From: Truepera sp.
GTDB lineage: Bacteria; Deinococcota; Deinococci; Deinococcales; Trueperaceae
NCBI GenBank assembly: GCA_965218435.1
Contig: CBDCKW010000009.1
Coordinates: 3,840,001-3,904,000 of the forward strand
Direction of reading: 5' to 3'
DNA length: 64,000 bases
How positions within the stretch are numbered: position 1 is the stretch's first letter; each line of letters opens with the position of its first letter. Positions 20,297-29,574 of this stretch are shown piece by piece. Made by a program: the position numbers and the translations under genes. A model generated the notes under the pieces. The model searched no databases. It was not told the origin of the DNA and was given only the letters and a program-made list of their open reading frames with translations.

Positions 20297-21055
20297 ATGA
20301 TAACTCCTGTACGTGTGCTCTCGAGCGGTGGCCCCATGCGGGTCGAACTCGCCCGCTGGCAGGGCAAGCTGGTGGTCGTTAAGCAGCTGCAGGCCGCTTC
20401 GTCGGTTCTCGCCAACCGTCTGGGCCGCGAAGCTGCCGTCGTCACACATTTAGAGCATGAAAACATCGTGCCGCTCTTAGCAGTTCAAGATACGAGTCTG
20501 ATCTACGCGTACTGTCCCGGCGTCAGCTTAGGCGAGGCGCTGCAAAAAGGGCCACTCGGCACCGCCGACAGCCTGCGCTTTATCCGCAACGTGCTCTCAG
20601 CCCTCGTTTACGCGCACGCACAAAATGTGATTCACTTAGACGTCAAGCCCTCAAATATTCTTATCAACGGCGAAAAGGCGCTCCTGACCGACTTCGGCTT
20701 TGCCAAAGACCTCGCGCTCGCCTCGATTACGCAGCAGGGGATGTCACTTGGAACGCCCAACTACATGGCTCCCGAACAGTTTACCGGCGAGCGCAGTGAT
20801 CCTAGAAGCGACCTCTACGCGGTCGGCGCGGTTTTATATCATATGCTGACCGGCGCGCCCCCGTTTGAACGCGATATTTTTAGATTTTTAACGGGTGACC
20901 CCACGGTGACGCTTAAGCCGTTACCCGAGGCGGCCGCGCCGCTGACAGCGTTTGTGGAGCAGGCGCTCGAGTACGACCCCACGCGGCGTTTTAGCAGCGC
21001 CGCCGAGATGCGCAGCGCCCTTTCTCATGTCTATCTGGATGATCTATTCTTTTGA
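20297..21055 (+). CDS. Stand-alone Hanks-type Ser/Thr kinase
   Basis: VVVK, HLDVKPSN, DFG, GTPNYMAPE, SDLYAVG. Confidence 0.88.
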   Translation: MITPVRVLSSGGPMRVELARWQGKLVVVKQLQAASSVLANRLGREAAVVTHLEHENIVPLLAVQDTSLIYAYCPGVSLGEALQKGPLGTADSLRFIRNVLSALVYAHAQNVIHLDVKPSNILINGEKALLTDFGFAKDLALASITQQGMSLGTPNYMAPEQFTGERSDPRSDLYAVGAVLYHMLTGAPPFERDIFRFLTGDPTVTLKPLPEAAAPLTAFVEQALEYDPTRRFSSAAEMRSALSHVYLDDLFF

Positions 21056-21223
21056 CGGCCTACTTTAGAGCTCAGCTGAAAAACTGGTTGAATATAACGT
21101 ATCAAGAGAATAGTAAATACAGGAGGGAGGATATAATGAGCTCTGAACCCTATTCTTCATGCTATATTTTCCCTTCCCCTTTCTGTCCGACGGCTTCGGA
21201 GCAGCTCATCTTAGGTTCTACCG

Positions 21224-22156
21224 ATGATCTTATCGTTTAGCGGCGACCCTTTTTTGGCGACGCGTGCGGCGCGGCGCGCGCTCCGGTCGCGTGGGTTTCG
21301 CACCGAAGACACGACCGAACTCGGTGAAGGAATGAACGCGCCGCAAGTCGCTCAGCTCGCAGCGCAGTCGGGGCTGTTCGGTCAAGTGGCCTTGCTGTTA
21401 GACTTTGACGCGGCCTTTCGCGGTCAGGGCGGTGTCAAACCGCGTAACGACACGCTCAAAGTGTTAGAGACCGTTTCACCCGACACGCTCGTCGTGGTGC
21501 TCGATTTGGGCGCGACCCCGGCGCGGCAAAAGACGTACAACGCCCTCGGTACCCACGAAGCCCTGCCGACGCCGCGCTTTAACGCGCTCACGCACTGGGT
21601 CAGACAAGAGTTGCAGGCCGCTGAGGTCGAGGTTGAAAAAGATGTGCCCGATACTCTCGCCGACCTGTTTGGGGAAGACCTGCCGGGGATTGCCGCTGAG
21701 ATTCAGAAGCTGGCAGTCTTAGGCGAAACCTTAACGAGTGAGCGCGTCCGTGAGATCGTCAACCGGCCCGCCTCGAGAGACGCTTTTGCCCTGATCGAAG
21801 CCGTGATGCAAGCCGACGTGCGCCGTGCGCTAAACGTCACCCGCAGTTTGGTTGCGCAAGGTGAAGCCCCGCCGCGCGTGCTCGGGGCATTGACCTGGCA
21901 GTACAACCTGGTGGCGCGCTGCGTCGGCCTCCAGGCAGGGCGCGCTCGAGTGGACGCCGGACTGGTCGCGCAAACGCTCAAAGTCAAGCCGTTCGTCGCG
22001 CAAAAGGCGCTGGCTATTGCCAAAAACTTAGACGAAGCAGGGCTAAAACGTGTTCTTACCAGCCTCTTAAACGCAGACATAGCGATGAAAACCGGCAAAG
22101 ACGAGGTGTGGGCGCTCGAGAGTTTGGCGATCGAGCTGTCCTCACGCCCAGCTTAG
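21224..22156 (+). CDS. holA: DNA polymerase III delta subunit
   Basis: GDPFL N-terminus, GLFG, EIQKL, ADIAMKTG C-terminus; usual neighbour of comEC. Confidence 0.88.
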   Translation: MILSFSGDPFLATRAARRALRSRGFRTEDTTELGEGMNAPQVAQLAAQSGLFGQVALLLDFDAAFRGQGGVKPRNDTLKVLETVSPDTLVVVLDLGATPARQKTYNALGTHEALPTPRFNALTHWVRQELQAAEVEVEKDVPDTLADLFGEDLPGIAAEIQKLAVLGETLTSERVREIVNRPASRDAFALIEAVMQADVRRALNVTRSLVAQGEAPPRVLGALTWQYNLVARCVGLQAGRARVDAGLVAQTLKVKPFVAQKALAIAKNLDEAGLKRVLTSLLNADIAMKTGKDEVWALESLAIELSSRPA

Positions 22157-22225
22157 AATCAAACAAAATACACGAAGTCCGTGTACACTGAGCTCGCACA
22201 AACGCTACGGGAAAGGTTTTAGGTT

Positions 22226-23129
22226 ACCTCGACTGCTAGGGGGTAGCTCTATAGGGAGAAAAAAGCGAAGATAGCGCGATTTGGAAATCGCGCTATCTTC
22301 TAGAGCAGCATACCGTCAGCGAGTTGTTCACGGTCGTATACGTGCTGGTCGATGATTACCTCAGAGCCGGGGTGCAGCAAGGCAGATTTGTGCTGCCCGA
22401 GTCCAAGCAGCAAAAGGGTAGCTACGCAGAACTGATGAGCATTGCCTTGGTGGGCGATCTGCTTAACCAGGCCGATGTGGGGCTGTGGTTCAACCTAGTC
22501 AAGAGCGAGTACAAGGGCTTGTTCCCGGTGTTGCCCGACGATACGCGCTACTACCGGGTACTCAAGAAGCTAGAACGCCTCTGGGCCGAGCTAGCCCTGG
22601 TGCTCACCGCGCAGCACGCTACATGGGCTTACAGTATCGACTCCAAACCGCTGCCGGTGTGTAAGTTCAAGCGTCACCGACGGCCTCGGGCCATGACCGA
22701 AGCGACCGTAGGCTTCTCGACCCAAGGTGCCGTATACGGCTTCAAACTTCACGCCCTCACGACCTCGCAAGGGCTCATTGTCAAGTTCGCCAGCGCCCCG
22801 GCACACGAAGCCGCTGTCACCGTTGCTAGAGCCTTGCTCGGTAAAGCCGAACGGGGTGCAAGCTTAGGCGACAAAGCCTATCTCGGTTGTGGCGTCTACA
22901 CCCCTCCCAAGGCCAACGCGCTCACGCCCGGCATCTGGACCCAGCTCATGGATGCGTCTCGAAAAACCATCGAAAGCGTCTTTTCCTCGCTCTCCCGCAC
23001 CAAACATCTTGTCCTTGGTCAGCGCAACTCGTTTCATTCGCTCCGGGCACACGTCTGTCGCAAGATAGCAGCGCATAACTTCGCCCTTATCTTCGCTTCC
23101 TAGACCCCTTATCCCCTAGCAGTCGAGGT
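22226..23129 (+). mobile_element. IS982-family insertion sequence (904 bp)
   Basis: Perfect 17-bp TIR ACCTCGACTGCTAGGGG/CCCCTAGCAGTCGAGGT; AGGTT duplicated at 22221-22225 and 23130-23134. Confidence 0.9.
22324..23103 (+). CDS. IS982-family DDE transposase (true start uncertain)
   Basis: [35 protein letters not shown]. Confidence 0.88.
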   Translation: MFTVVYVLVDDYLRAGVQQGRFVLPESKQQKGSYAELMSIALVGDLLNQADVGLWFNLVKSEYKGLFPVLPDDTRYYRVLKKLERLWAELALVLTAQHATWAYSIDSKPLPVCKFKRHRRPRAMTEATVGFSTQGAVYGFKLHALTTSQGLIVKFASAPAHEAAVTVARALLGKAERGASLGDKAYLGCGVYTPPKANALTPGIWTQLMDASRKTIESVFSSLSRTKHLVLGQRNSFHSLRAHVCRKIAAHNFALIFAS

Positions 23130-23132
23130 AGG

Positions 23133-23561
23133 TTGATGCCGCTCTCGCCGCTCGAGCTGCTCCGCTTTGACGAGTGGGACCGGATGATCGACGTGAACAT
23201 CAAAGGGGTGCTTTACGGCATTGGCGCAGCACTCCCCTACATGAAAGAGCAGAAAAGCGGACAAATCATCAACGTCTCGTCCGTTGCCAGGCATAAGATC
23301 AACCCCGGTGGTGCGGTCTATTCCGCCACGAAATATGCCGTGCGGGTGATTTCAGAAGCTTTGCGCCAAGAGGTCAAGCCCTATAACATCCGCACGACCG
23401 TCATCTCGCCGGGTGCGGTAGACACCGAGTTGCCCCAGTCGGTCGGTGCCGAGGGCGTTTCAGAGGCGGTCAACAAACTCTGCAAGGAGAACGCTATCCC
23501 TGCCAGTAGCTTTGCCCGCTGTGTCTTATTTGCCATGAGTCAGCTCGAGACTGCACTTTAA
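23133..23561 (+). pseudogene. SDR oxidoreductase fragment, truncated at both ends
   Basis: Begins at LMPLS (after NNAG) with no TGxxxGxG; has YSATK and ISPGAVDT; loses homology at SQLE. Confidence 0.85.
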
Positions 23562-23661
23562 GAAACTTGGTCGCGGTAGCTACGTGACGTGCGAGGTAAC
23601 GTGCGCCGGTACAGCTACGTCGCGCTTTACAGGGGCGTCACACAGCACTTCACGTAGTACT

Positions 23662-24441
23662 TCACATGGCACTCGATCTGCCCGTTAGCGCGAGCACGGT
23701 ACGGCGCGGCAGGAGGCGGAGAAAGCGAGCGGTCAGCCGGTTGGACCAACCTGAAATGACGCTCGGCGGCTTCTGGGGAGACTCGAGGGCCGTAAGCGCA
23801 GTTTTGACGACTTGCTCGGGCGTTTCAAAGCGGACGTTCGACTCATCGCTCCCTGAGCTGGCATAAAACTCCGTCCGGGTTGGACCTGGAGAGACCGCCA
23901 TCACTCTGACGTTGCTACGGCGAAGTTCGTAGGACAGCGCCTCGGTAAAGCTGAGGACGAACGCCTTGGACGCTGCGTAAACTGCCATCCCCGGCACCGG
24001 CATATGCGCCGTGAGGCTGGCGACGTTGAGGATGGTGCCTTCGTTGCGAGCTACCATTCCCGGCGCGAAAGCTCGGGAAAGCTCGGTAAGGGCTGTGACG
24101 TTGACTGCGATTTGGTTACGCATTAGCGTCTGATCGCTTTCAGTAAACGCGCCCTGCGAGCCCAACCCGGCGTTATTTACCAGCAGCGAGATGGTAAGTT
24201 CCTTTTCTTGTACGGTTTTGGAAAGTTTCTGACCGGCTCCCGGTTGAGAAAGGTCGAGTGGAATGACCCATACGGACACGCCGTGAGCCGTGCGGAGCTG
24301 CGCTGCCAGCGTTTCGAGCTTCTCGAGCCGACGGGCGACAAGAACGAGATCGGTGCCCCGGGCTGCTAACTCGGCGGCAAACTCAGCGCCCAAGCCGGAG
24401 CTAGCTCCGGTGACCAGGGCAGTTTTACCTCGGTAGTTCAC
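23662..24441 (-). CDS. SDR oxidoreductase
   Basis: TGASSGLG, NNAG, YAASK, PGPTRTEF. Confidence 0.92.
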   Translation of the reverse strand: MNYRGKTALVTGASSGLGAEFAAELAARGTDLVLVARRLEKLETLAAQLRTAHGVSVWVIPLDLSQPGAGQKLSKTVQEKELTISLLVNNAGLGSQGAFTESDQTLMRNQIAVNVTALTELSRAFAPGMVARNEGTILNVASLTAHMPVPGMAVYAASKAFVLSFTEALSYELRRSNVRVMAVSPGPTRTEFYASSGSDESNVRFETPEQVVKTALTALESPQKPPSVISGWSNRLTARFLRLLPRRTVLALTGRSSAM

Positions 24442-24455
24442 TATCTTCTCCTTTC

Positions 24456-24506
24456 AGGTTGACACATGTTAACCATGATAAGCTTATTGTTAACAGCTGT
24501 CAACCT
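24456..24506. promoter_or_regulatory. Pair of palindromic operators between divergent SDR and TetR genes
   Basis: AGGTTGACACATGTTAAC (24456-24473) and GTTAACAGCTGTCAACCT (24489-24506); 16/18 inverted match, each near-palindromic. Confidence 0.7.
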
Positions 24507-24532
24507 ATCGTCTAAAGGAGGTTAGCTTCTCA

Positions 24533-25141
24533 ATGTCAAAAGATCATGAGCGTACCGCTACAGACGGGCTCAAAACAAAGCTGCTCAATGTGGCCGAACG
24601 GCTACTGACCACGACACCGCTGGTCACCCTACCGTCACTGCGGTCAATCGCTCGGGAGTGTAACGTCTCAGCCACCGCCGTCTACCGCTACTTTGATTCG
24701 CAAAAAGACCTTATCCTCTCGGTGCTTACAACCAGATTTGCCGACTTTGAGGCTACGATATTAGCGGCTGACGATTCCGCCCTTTCACCGGAAAAACGTG
24801 TGCAAAACATTGCTCAGGCGTATATGGTTTGGGGGCTCGAGAATCCCGGTACCTACATCCTGCTTTTCGAGAGTGCCGACCAGCTCGGCGACGACTACGT
24901 GATCGGGGACGCCCCTAGCATCCTGATGAGCCGCCTGACCGAGATACTGGCGAAGAGCCAGCTGACAGATATGGTGCCGGCTATAGTGCCGGCAGACGCT
25001 GCCGAGCGTTTATGGACCTACCTGCACGGCCTCGTCTCACTACGCGCCCACAAACCCGCCCACCCGTGGCGACGGAGCGGACGCGACGAAGTCGAAAGCC
25101 TGATCATGCTGTTTTTTGCCCCGGCAAAGTTTCCGAGATAG
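24533..25141 (+). CDS. TetR/AcrR regulator (WHG-type C-terminus)
   Basis: SLRSIARECNVSATAVYRYF HTH; W-x2-LHGLVSL. Confidence 0.9.
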   Translation: MSKDHERTATDGLKTKLLNVAERLLTTTPLVTLPSLRSIARECNVSATAVYRYFDSQKDLILSVLTTRFADFEATILAADDSALSPEKRVQNIAQAYMVWGLENPGTYILLFESADQLGDDYVIGDAPSILMSRLTEILAKSQLTDMVPAIVPADAAERLWTYLHGLVSLRAHKPAHPWRRSGRDEVESLIMLFFAPAKFPR

Positions 25142-25316
25142 CTTTTGAGCCGTCTTGACGACTAAGCGGGCAAGCTCATTTGCTTAGTCGTCCCGGTCAA
25201 CCCGGCTGTTCTAAATCGTCGCTGAAGCGTGGTTAAGGTAGGTGTGCTGAAAGTAAAAGCTATAAACGTCACACTTCAGCACCGCGCTTCTCACCCGCGC
25301 CGTCGTACACTCCGTT

Positions 25317-26024
25317 ATGCGTTCTTCGATACCCGCACGGCGGCTTTTACGGCGGCTCTTTATGGGCTTGTCGGCTTTAACTCTGCTTTCAACTTATGCA
25401 GCACCGGTCAACGCTCAGGCTGACACCCAAACCGATACGCAGGTTGGCAGCGCCCAGGATTTTGCGGCGCTGAGCATTCGGCCGAGCGGCCCCGAAGAAC
25501 TCGACTTAACCACCGGCGTCACTACCTTGCCGCAAGGGGGTGAAATCGGTTACCGCGCTGAGAACGTTACGCTTAAAGGAGACTATATCCGCTACCTCGA
25601 GGGCGACTTCGTTGAGGTCCGGGGGGCGACGGTCACGGGCGACTTCGGACATCTGCGTGCGCCGCAGCTGCGCTTCGACGTGGGCGCACAAACCCTCGAG
25701 GCCAAAGGCGGCGCGACGTTTTCGGGAGAGGCGTTGGAGCTCACCGCCGCGACCCTCTTACTCGATTTAGAAAGTGATACTGCGGTGCTCGAGGGCGACG
25801 TGACCAGCGAAACTCCTGAACTCACCGCTCAGCGCGTCCTGGTTGACCTGACCGGTTCGCAAGGGCTCTTGGTCGGGCCGTACACCTATCAAAACGGCCC
25901 GATTGGGCTGAAGGGTGGGGCAGACAAGCTGCTGGCCCTCTCATGGGACGTCTCAGGTGCGCTGAGCGCGGACAGCCAAGTTCCGGCAGCCTTACAAGCG
26001 CGGTTTGCTGCGTATCTTCGTTGA
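25317..26024 (+). CDS. Exported beta-jellyroll (LptA/OstA-like) protein
   Basis: Signal peptide; repetitive short beta strands; upstream of LptD- and LptF-like genes. Confidence 0.5.
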   Translation: MRSSIPARRLLRRLFMGLSALTLLSTYAAPVNAQADTQTDTQVGSAQDFAALSIRPSGPEELDLTTGVTTLPQGGEIGYRAENVTLKGDYIRYLEGDFVEVRGATVTGDFGHLRAPQLRFDVGAQTLEAKGGATFSGEALELTAATLLLDLESDTAVLEGDVTSETPELTAQRVLVDLTGSQGLLVGPYTYQNGPIGLKGGADKLLALSWDVSGALSADSQVPAALQARFAAYLR

Positions 26025-26103
26025 CCAAACCGGTTTTGATTGACGCCGCTAACACCGCCGTAGTCGTCTCGCTTTTCGTTTTGTCTAACGCTATGCAAGG
26101 TGA

Positions 26104-28116
26104 ATGACTAACGCCTGGATGATCTGTACCCGTTTAGGTCTCTTGCTGCTGTTTCTAGGAACCGGCGTGGCCCTGGCAGCTTGCGACCCCGCCGACTATG
26201 GCCAGGAGCTTACGCTTCGAGGGGTTGGCACGGCTTACGTCGGTAATCTGCGTTTTGACCCCGTAAAAGACGAAGCCGAACTCTTTGACGGCGTGTGTTT
26301 TGTCTCTGAAGGTACGCCTCAGCTCACCCTCAACGCGCCGACGATGCGCGTCGAAAAGGTGCAGACAAAGCCGACGTTCGTCGCGCGAGGGGCGACCTTG
26401 ACGCTGGCTACCTACACGGTCTTCGCTGAAGAACTTTCCGGTAATGCCGGGGGGCTTGAGCTCCGCAACTTGTCCATTATGAGCCCTCAGTTTTCCGGTA
26501 CGGCGGTGCGCGCCCGTTACACCTTAGCAAGCGGGCAGACGATCTTTAGCGGCGTCAACTTGAAGCTCGGGAACTTCCGGGTTGAGAGCACGGCGGCTGG
26601 GTTGACTGAAAACACGCTGGTACTGCGTTCGGCCAGAGCCACGACCTGCGCGTGCGAAAACGGTGGGCTCTACGCGCTCACCGCGCCGGAGGTAGTGATT
26701 GACCTTGGCAGCGGTCTCGTACGGGTTGAGCAGGGCGTGCTCGAGACCCTCGGGTTGCGGTTTGGCCTGACGCCCAATCTGCGGCTTCTCTTGGGCAGCG
26801 CACCGCGTCCGGGTGCGGGCCGTGTTCAGGTGGGCGGCGCGGCCCTGTTACCTGCCGCGCCTGTGCCCGAACCGGTTGGTACGGTGTTTGACGAAGGGAC
26901 GCGTTTGGCGCTGCCCCTACAGCTCGCGCCGTGGGGGAAGCTCGAGCTCGGCGCGGCAGGTCTTGATACCGAGCATCCGCTCGGGCTCGTCTCACTGTTG
27001 CAGCTGGGCTTTGCGCTCGGTCAGAGCAGCGTGCAGGCGGTGCTCGGCCGCACCGGGCCGGGGCTACGTGCCGACGCGCTGCTAAGGACGCCGCTCGCAC
27101 CGGGCGTCGGCGTTGACCTGAGCACCACCAACCGCCTTTGGGCCGACGCCGACTTTATCCGTGAAGGGGCGCTCGGGGTTTACGGCGGTCGCCGCCTACG
27201 GGGGGCGCTGGGCGCTGCTGACACGCTCGTTTTGGGCGGCCAGCTGTTTGCGGCGTTGTCGCAGCAGACACTCGCGGGCAGCGTGGTGCGGTCGCCGCGC
27301 CTCGGCGTTCGGGGGAGTTTTACCTACGCTTTACCGACTGCCGCGGGCATCTTCGGCCTCCGCACTGAAACAGGGCTGACATTTTACCCGCAGGGTGCGG
27401 ACGGAGCGGCTGACCTGACCCAGTTCGGGGTGCGGTTGCAACCGTCGTGGCACAAAGAGTTCGGCAACTTGCGGTTGGCGCTCGGCTTTGACCATCAGGC
27501 GGTTTACGGGACTTCACCGTTTTCCGTGAAGTTAGACCGGCTCGAGCCCCGGAGCGTCTTAGACGCGGCCCTGACTTGGGGCGGGGGAGCACGCAGCCTC
27601 CGTGTCGGCGGCGTCTACGCGTTCACGCTCTCAGGCGCGGAAAATCCTTTTCGGCGGCTGCGGCTCGACGCCGCCATGACGCTACCGGTTTTCGGCGTGG
27701 TGACGCGCAACACGTTCAGCGCCGAACTTGCCGGTCTGTTAGGTCCTCCCGACCCTGACGTGGACGCGTTTGTCACTGCTGAAACCGGCTTGGACCTACC
27801 CGCTTCGCCGCTCGAGCTCGGGGTGCGGGTCCGTTATGACCTGTTGCCCCAAGAACTCGGCCTCAAACTCTTAGAGGTGTACGCAAGTTATCCCCTCACC
27901 CTGCAAAACGTGACCTTACGGCCCTTTTTAGGGCTCAACGCGGCCCCCTTACTCGTTGGCGACACTGTAGCCGGCGCACCGCTCCCGGTGGTGTCGGGGT
28001 ACGGGCTCGAGGTCGCCTACCGGAGCTGTTGCGGGACGCTGCGGGCGTCTTACCAGCTGCACGACCAGACCGTAAAAACTTCATTCGATATACGTTTGGC
28101 GGAAGTTACGCCGTGA
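26104..28116 (+). CDS. LptD-like outer-membrane protein
   Basis: Signal peptide, jellyroll N-terminus with ATTCAC, amphipathic beta-barrel strands, C-terminal SCC. Confidence 0.55.
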   Translation: MTNAWMICTRLGLLLLFLGTGVALAACDPADYGQELTLRGVGTAYVGNLRFDPVKDEAELFDGVCFVSEGTPQLTLNAPTMRVEKVQTKPTFVARGATLTLATYTVFAEELSGNAGGLELRNLSIMSPQFSGTAVRARYTLASGQTIFSGVNLKLGNFRVESTAAGLTENTLVLRSARATTCACENGGLYALTAPEVVIDLGSGLVRVEQGVLETLGLRFGLTPNLRLLLGSAPRPGAGRVQVGGAALLPAAPVPEPVGTVFDEGTRLALPLQLAPWGKLELGAAGLDTEHPLGLVSLLQLGFALGQSSVQAVLGRTGPGLRADALLRTPLAPGVGVDLSTTNRLWADADFIREGALGVYGGRRLRGALGAADTLVLGGQLFAALSQQTLAGSVVRSPRLGVRGSFTYALPTAAGIFGLRTETGLTFYPQGADGAADLTQFGVRLQPSWHKEFGNLRLALGFDHQAVYGTSPFSVKLDRLEPRSVLDAALTWGGGARSLRVGGVYAFTLSGAENPFRRLRLDAAMTLPVFGVVTRNTFSAELAGLLGPPDPDVDAFVTAETGLDLPASPLELGVRVRYDLLPQELGLKLLEVYASYPLTLQNVTLRPFLGLNAAPLLVGDTVAGAPLPVVSGYGLEVAYRSCCGTLRASYQLHDQTVKTSFDIRLAEVTP

Positions 28117-28301
28117 GAGACGCTGTAAGAAACACCGCGAGGGGAACCGTTCGCCAAGCCGCCGAGCCGCGACTTAACAGGTCTTACCGGGGCCAAAACC
28201 TGGTACTGTAGAACGAGTTTGACCTCTTTCGCCTGCGGAATGACCCTTATCAGCTGCCCCTATATCAACAAGGGATAAACTTCGTTTTGTGACGCTCAGC
28301 T

Positions 28302-29432
28302 ATGCTTAAACGCCTCGACCGCTATCTCCTTAGCGAAAGCCTCACCCCCTTTTTTTTCGGGTTGCTCCTTTACAGCGGCCTCGCGGTGATGAGCGCCAAC
28401 TTTCCACGTTTGCAGTGGATCGTCGGTACTCCTTTTTGGGGACTTTTATACTGGCTTTTGTTACAGTTTCCAGCGGCTATTGTGCAGACGCTGCCGATTG
28501 CGCTGCTGCTAGCAGTGCTCCTCTCGTTTGGTCGGCTCGCCGCGTCGAATGAACTGTTGGCGATTCAGGCGGGCGGCGTCGCCTTGCGGCGACTGAGCGC
28601 CCTGATGCTGACGCTTGGGCTCTTGTCAGCCGGGAGCGCACTTGCGATCAATCAGTGGGTGCTGCCCCGGACGAACGCACAGGTCGGCAGTCTCTGGTGG
28701 CAGCTGACCGGCAGCGGCAGCGGGCTCTACCGGCTGATTCAGCGGAGTTTGCCGCTGGGCAACTACACGCTGACGTTTGACAATGTGACCCCCGAGGATG
28801 AGTTAGAGGGGGTGCGGCTCGAGGCGTGGAGCGGCCCCCAACTGAGCGTGATTCGCGCGGCCAAGGCCCGCTTTACCGGGTCGGGGTTGGCGCTCTACGA
28901 CTACCACACCACCCGGCTCGACTTGGGGGTGCTCGCCAATAGTGTGCCCCGGAGCGCGGAGGCAACCCTCGCCGACCTCGTGCAGCTCAATAACCGCGCC
29001 GCTGACCCGAACGCGCCGCTGACGCTTAAACTTTCCGAAGACCCCGCCGCGCTGATTACGCAGTATTCGGGGGGCGGGTTTGAAGACGCACGCTCACTTT
29101 CCGGCGTGTATCAAGACGCGCATGACCCCCGTTTGGACCTCTCCGAACGCCGTGACGCCGCTGTGCTCTTTCACCGCAAACTCGCCGAGACGCTGGCCAA
29201 CCTGACCCTTCTGGCTGTCGCGCTGCCTCTCGCCGTGTTGCACGCGCGGAGCCGCAGCGTCGCCTTCGGGTTGTCACTCTCAGTGACGCTCGCCTGGTAC
29301 GTGCTTTTAACCCTCGGCCAGCTTTTGGCGCAAGCGGGCGTGTTGCCGATCTGGTTCGGGCTCTGGTTCGGAAACGCGCTCTTGTTAGGCGTCGGGCTTT
29401 ATCTGCTCTACGCGCGGACAAATTTTCGTTAG
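28302..29432 (+). CDS. LptF/LptG-family permease
   Basis: LDRYLL, LPIALLLAVLLSFGRL..SNELLAIQAGGV, periplasmic loop, 3 C-terminal TMs. Confidence 0.88.
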   Translation: MLKRLDRYLLSESLTPFFFGLLLYSGLAVMSANFPRLQWIVGTPFWGLLYWLLLQFPAAIVQTLPIALLLAVLLSFGRLAASNELLAIQAGGVALRRLSALMLTLGLLSAGSALAINQWVLPRTNAQVGSLWWQLTGSGSGLYRLIQRSLPLGNYTLTFDNVTPEDELEGVRLEAWSGPQLSVIRAAKARFTGSGLALYDYHTTRLDLGVLANSVPRSAEATLADLVQLNNRAADPNAPLTLKLSEDPAALITQYSGGGFEDARSLSGVYQDAHDPRLDLSERRDAAVLFHRKLAETLANLTLLAVALPLAVLHARSRSVAFGLSLSVTLAWYVLLTLGQLLAQAGVLPIWFGLWFGNALLLGVGLYLLYARTNFR

Positions 29433-29436
29433 GGCG

Positions 29437-29515
29437 GCGATGAGTAAAGAGCGATGAGTAAAAAGTAACGAGTAAGGACTTTTTCTTATTGCTCATCACT
29501 CGGCACTTATCGCTC
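29437..29515. repeat. Degenerate heptamer tandem repeat forming a hairpin
   Basis: GCGATGA GTAAAGA GCGATGA GTAAAAA GTAACGA GTAAGGA ... CTTATTG CTCATCA CTCGGCA CTTATCG. Confidence 0.7.
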
Positions 29516-29574
29516 TCTTGATGCTTTCTGCGTAGCTGAAGAAGCGCCGTAACTGTGGTAGATTAGACGTTCTG

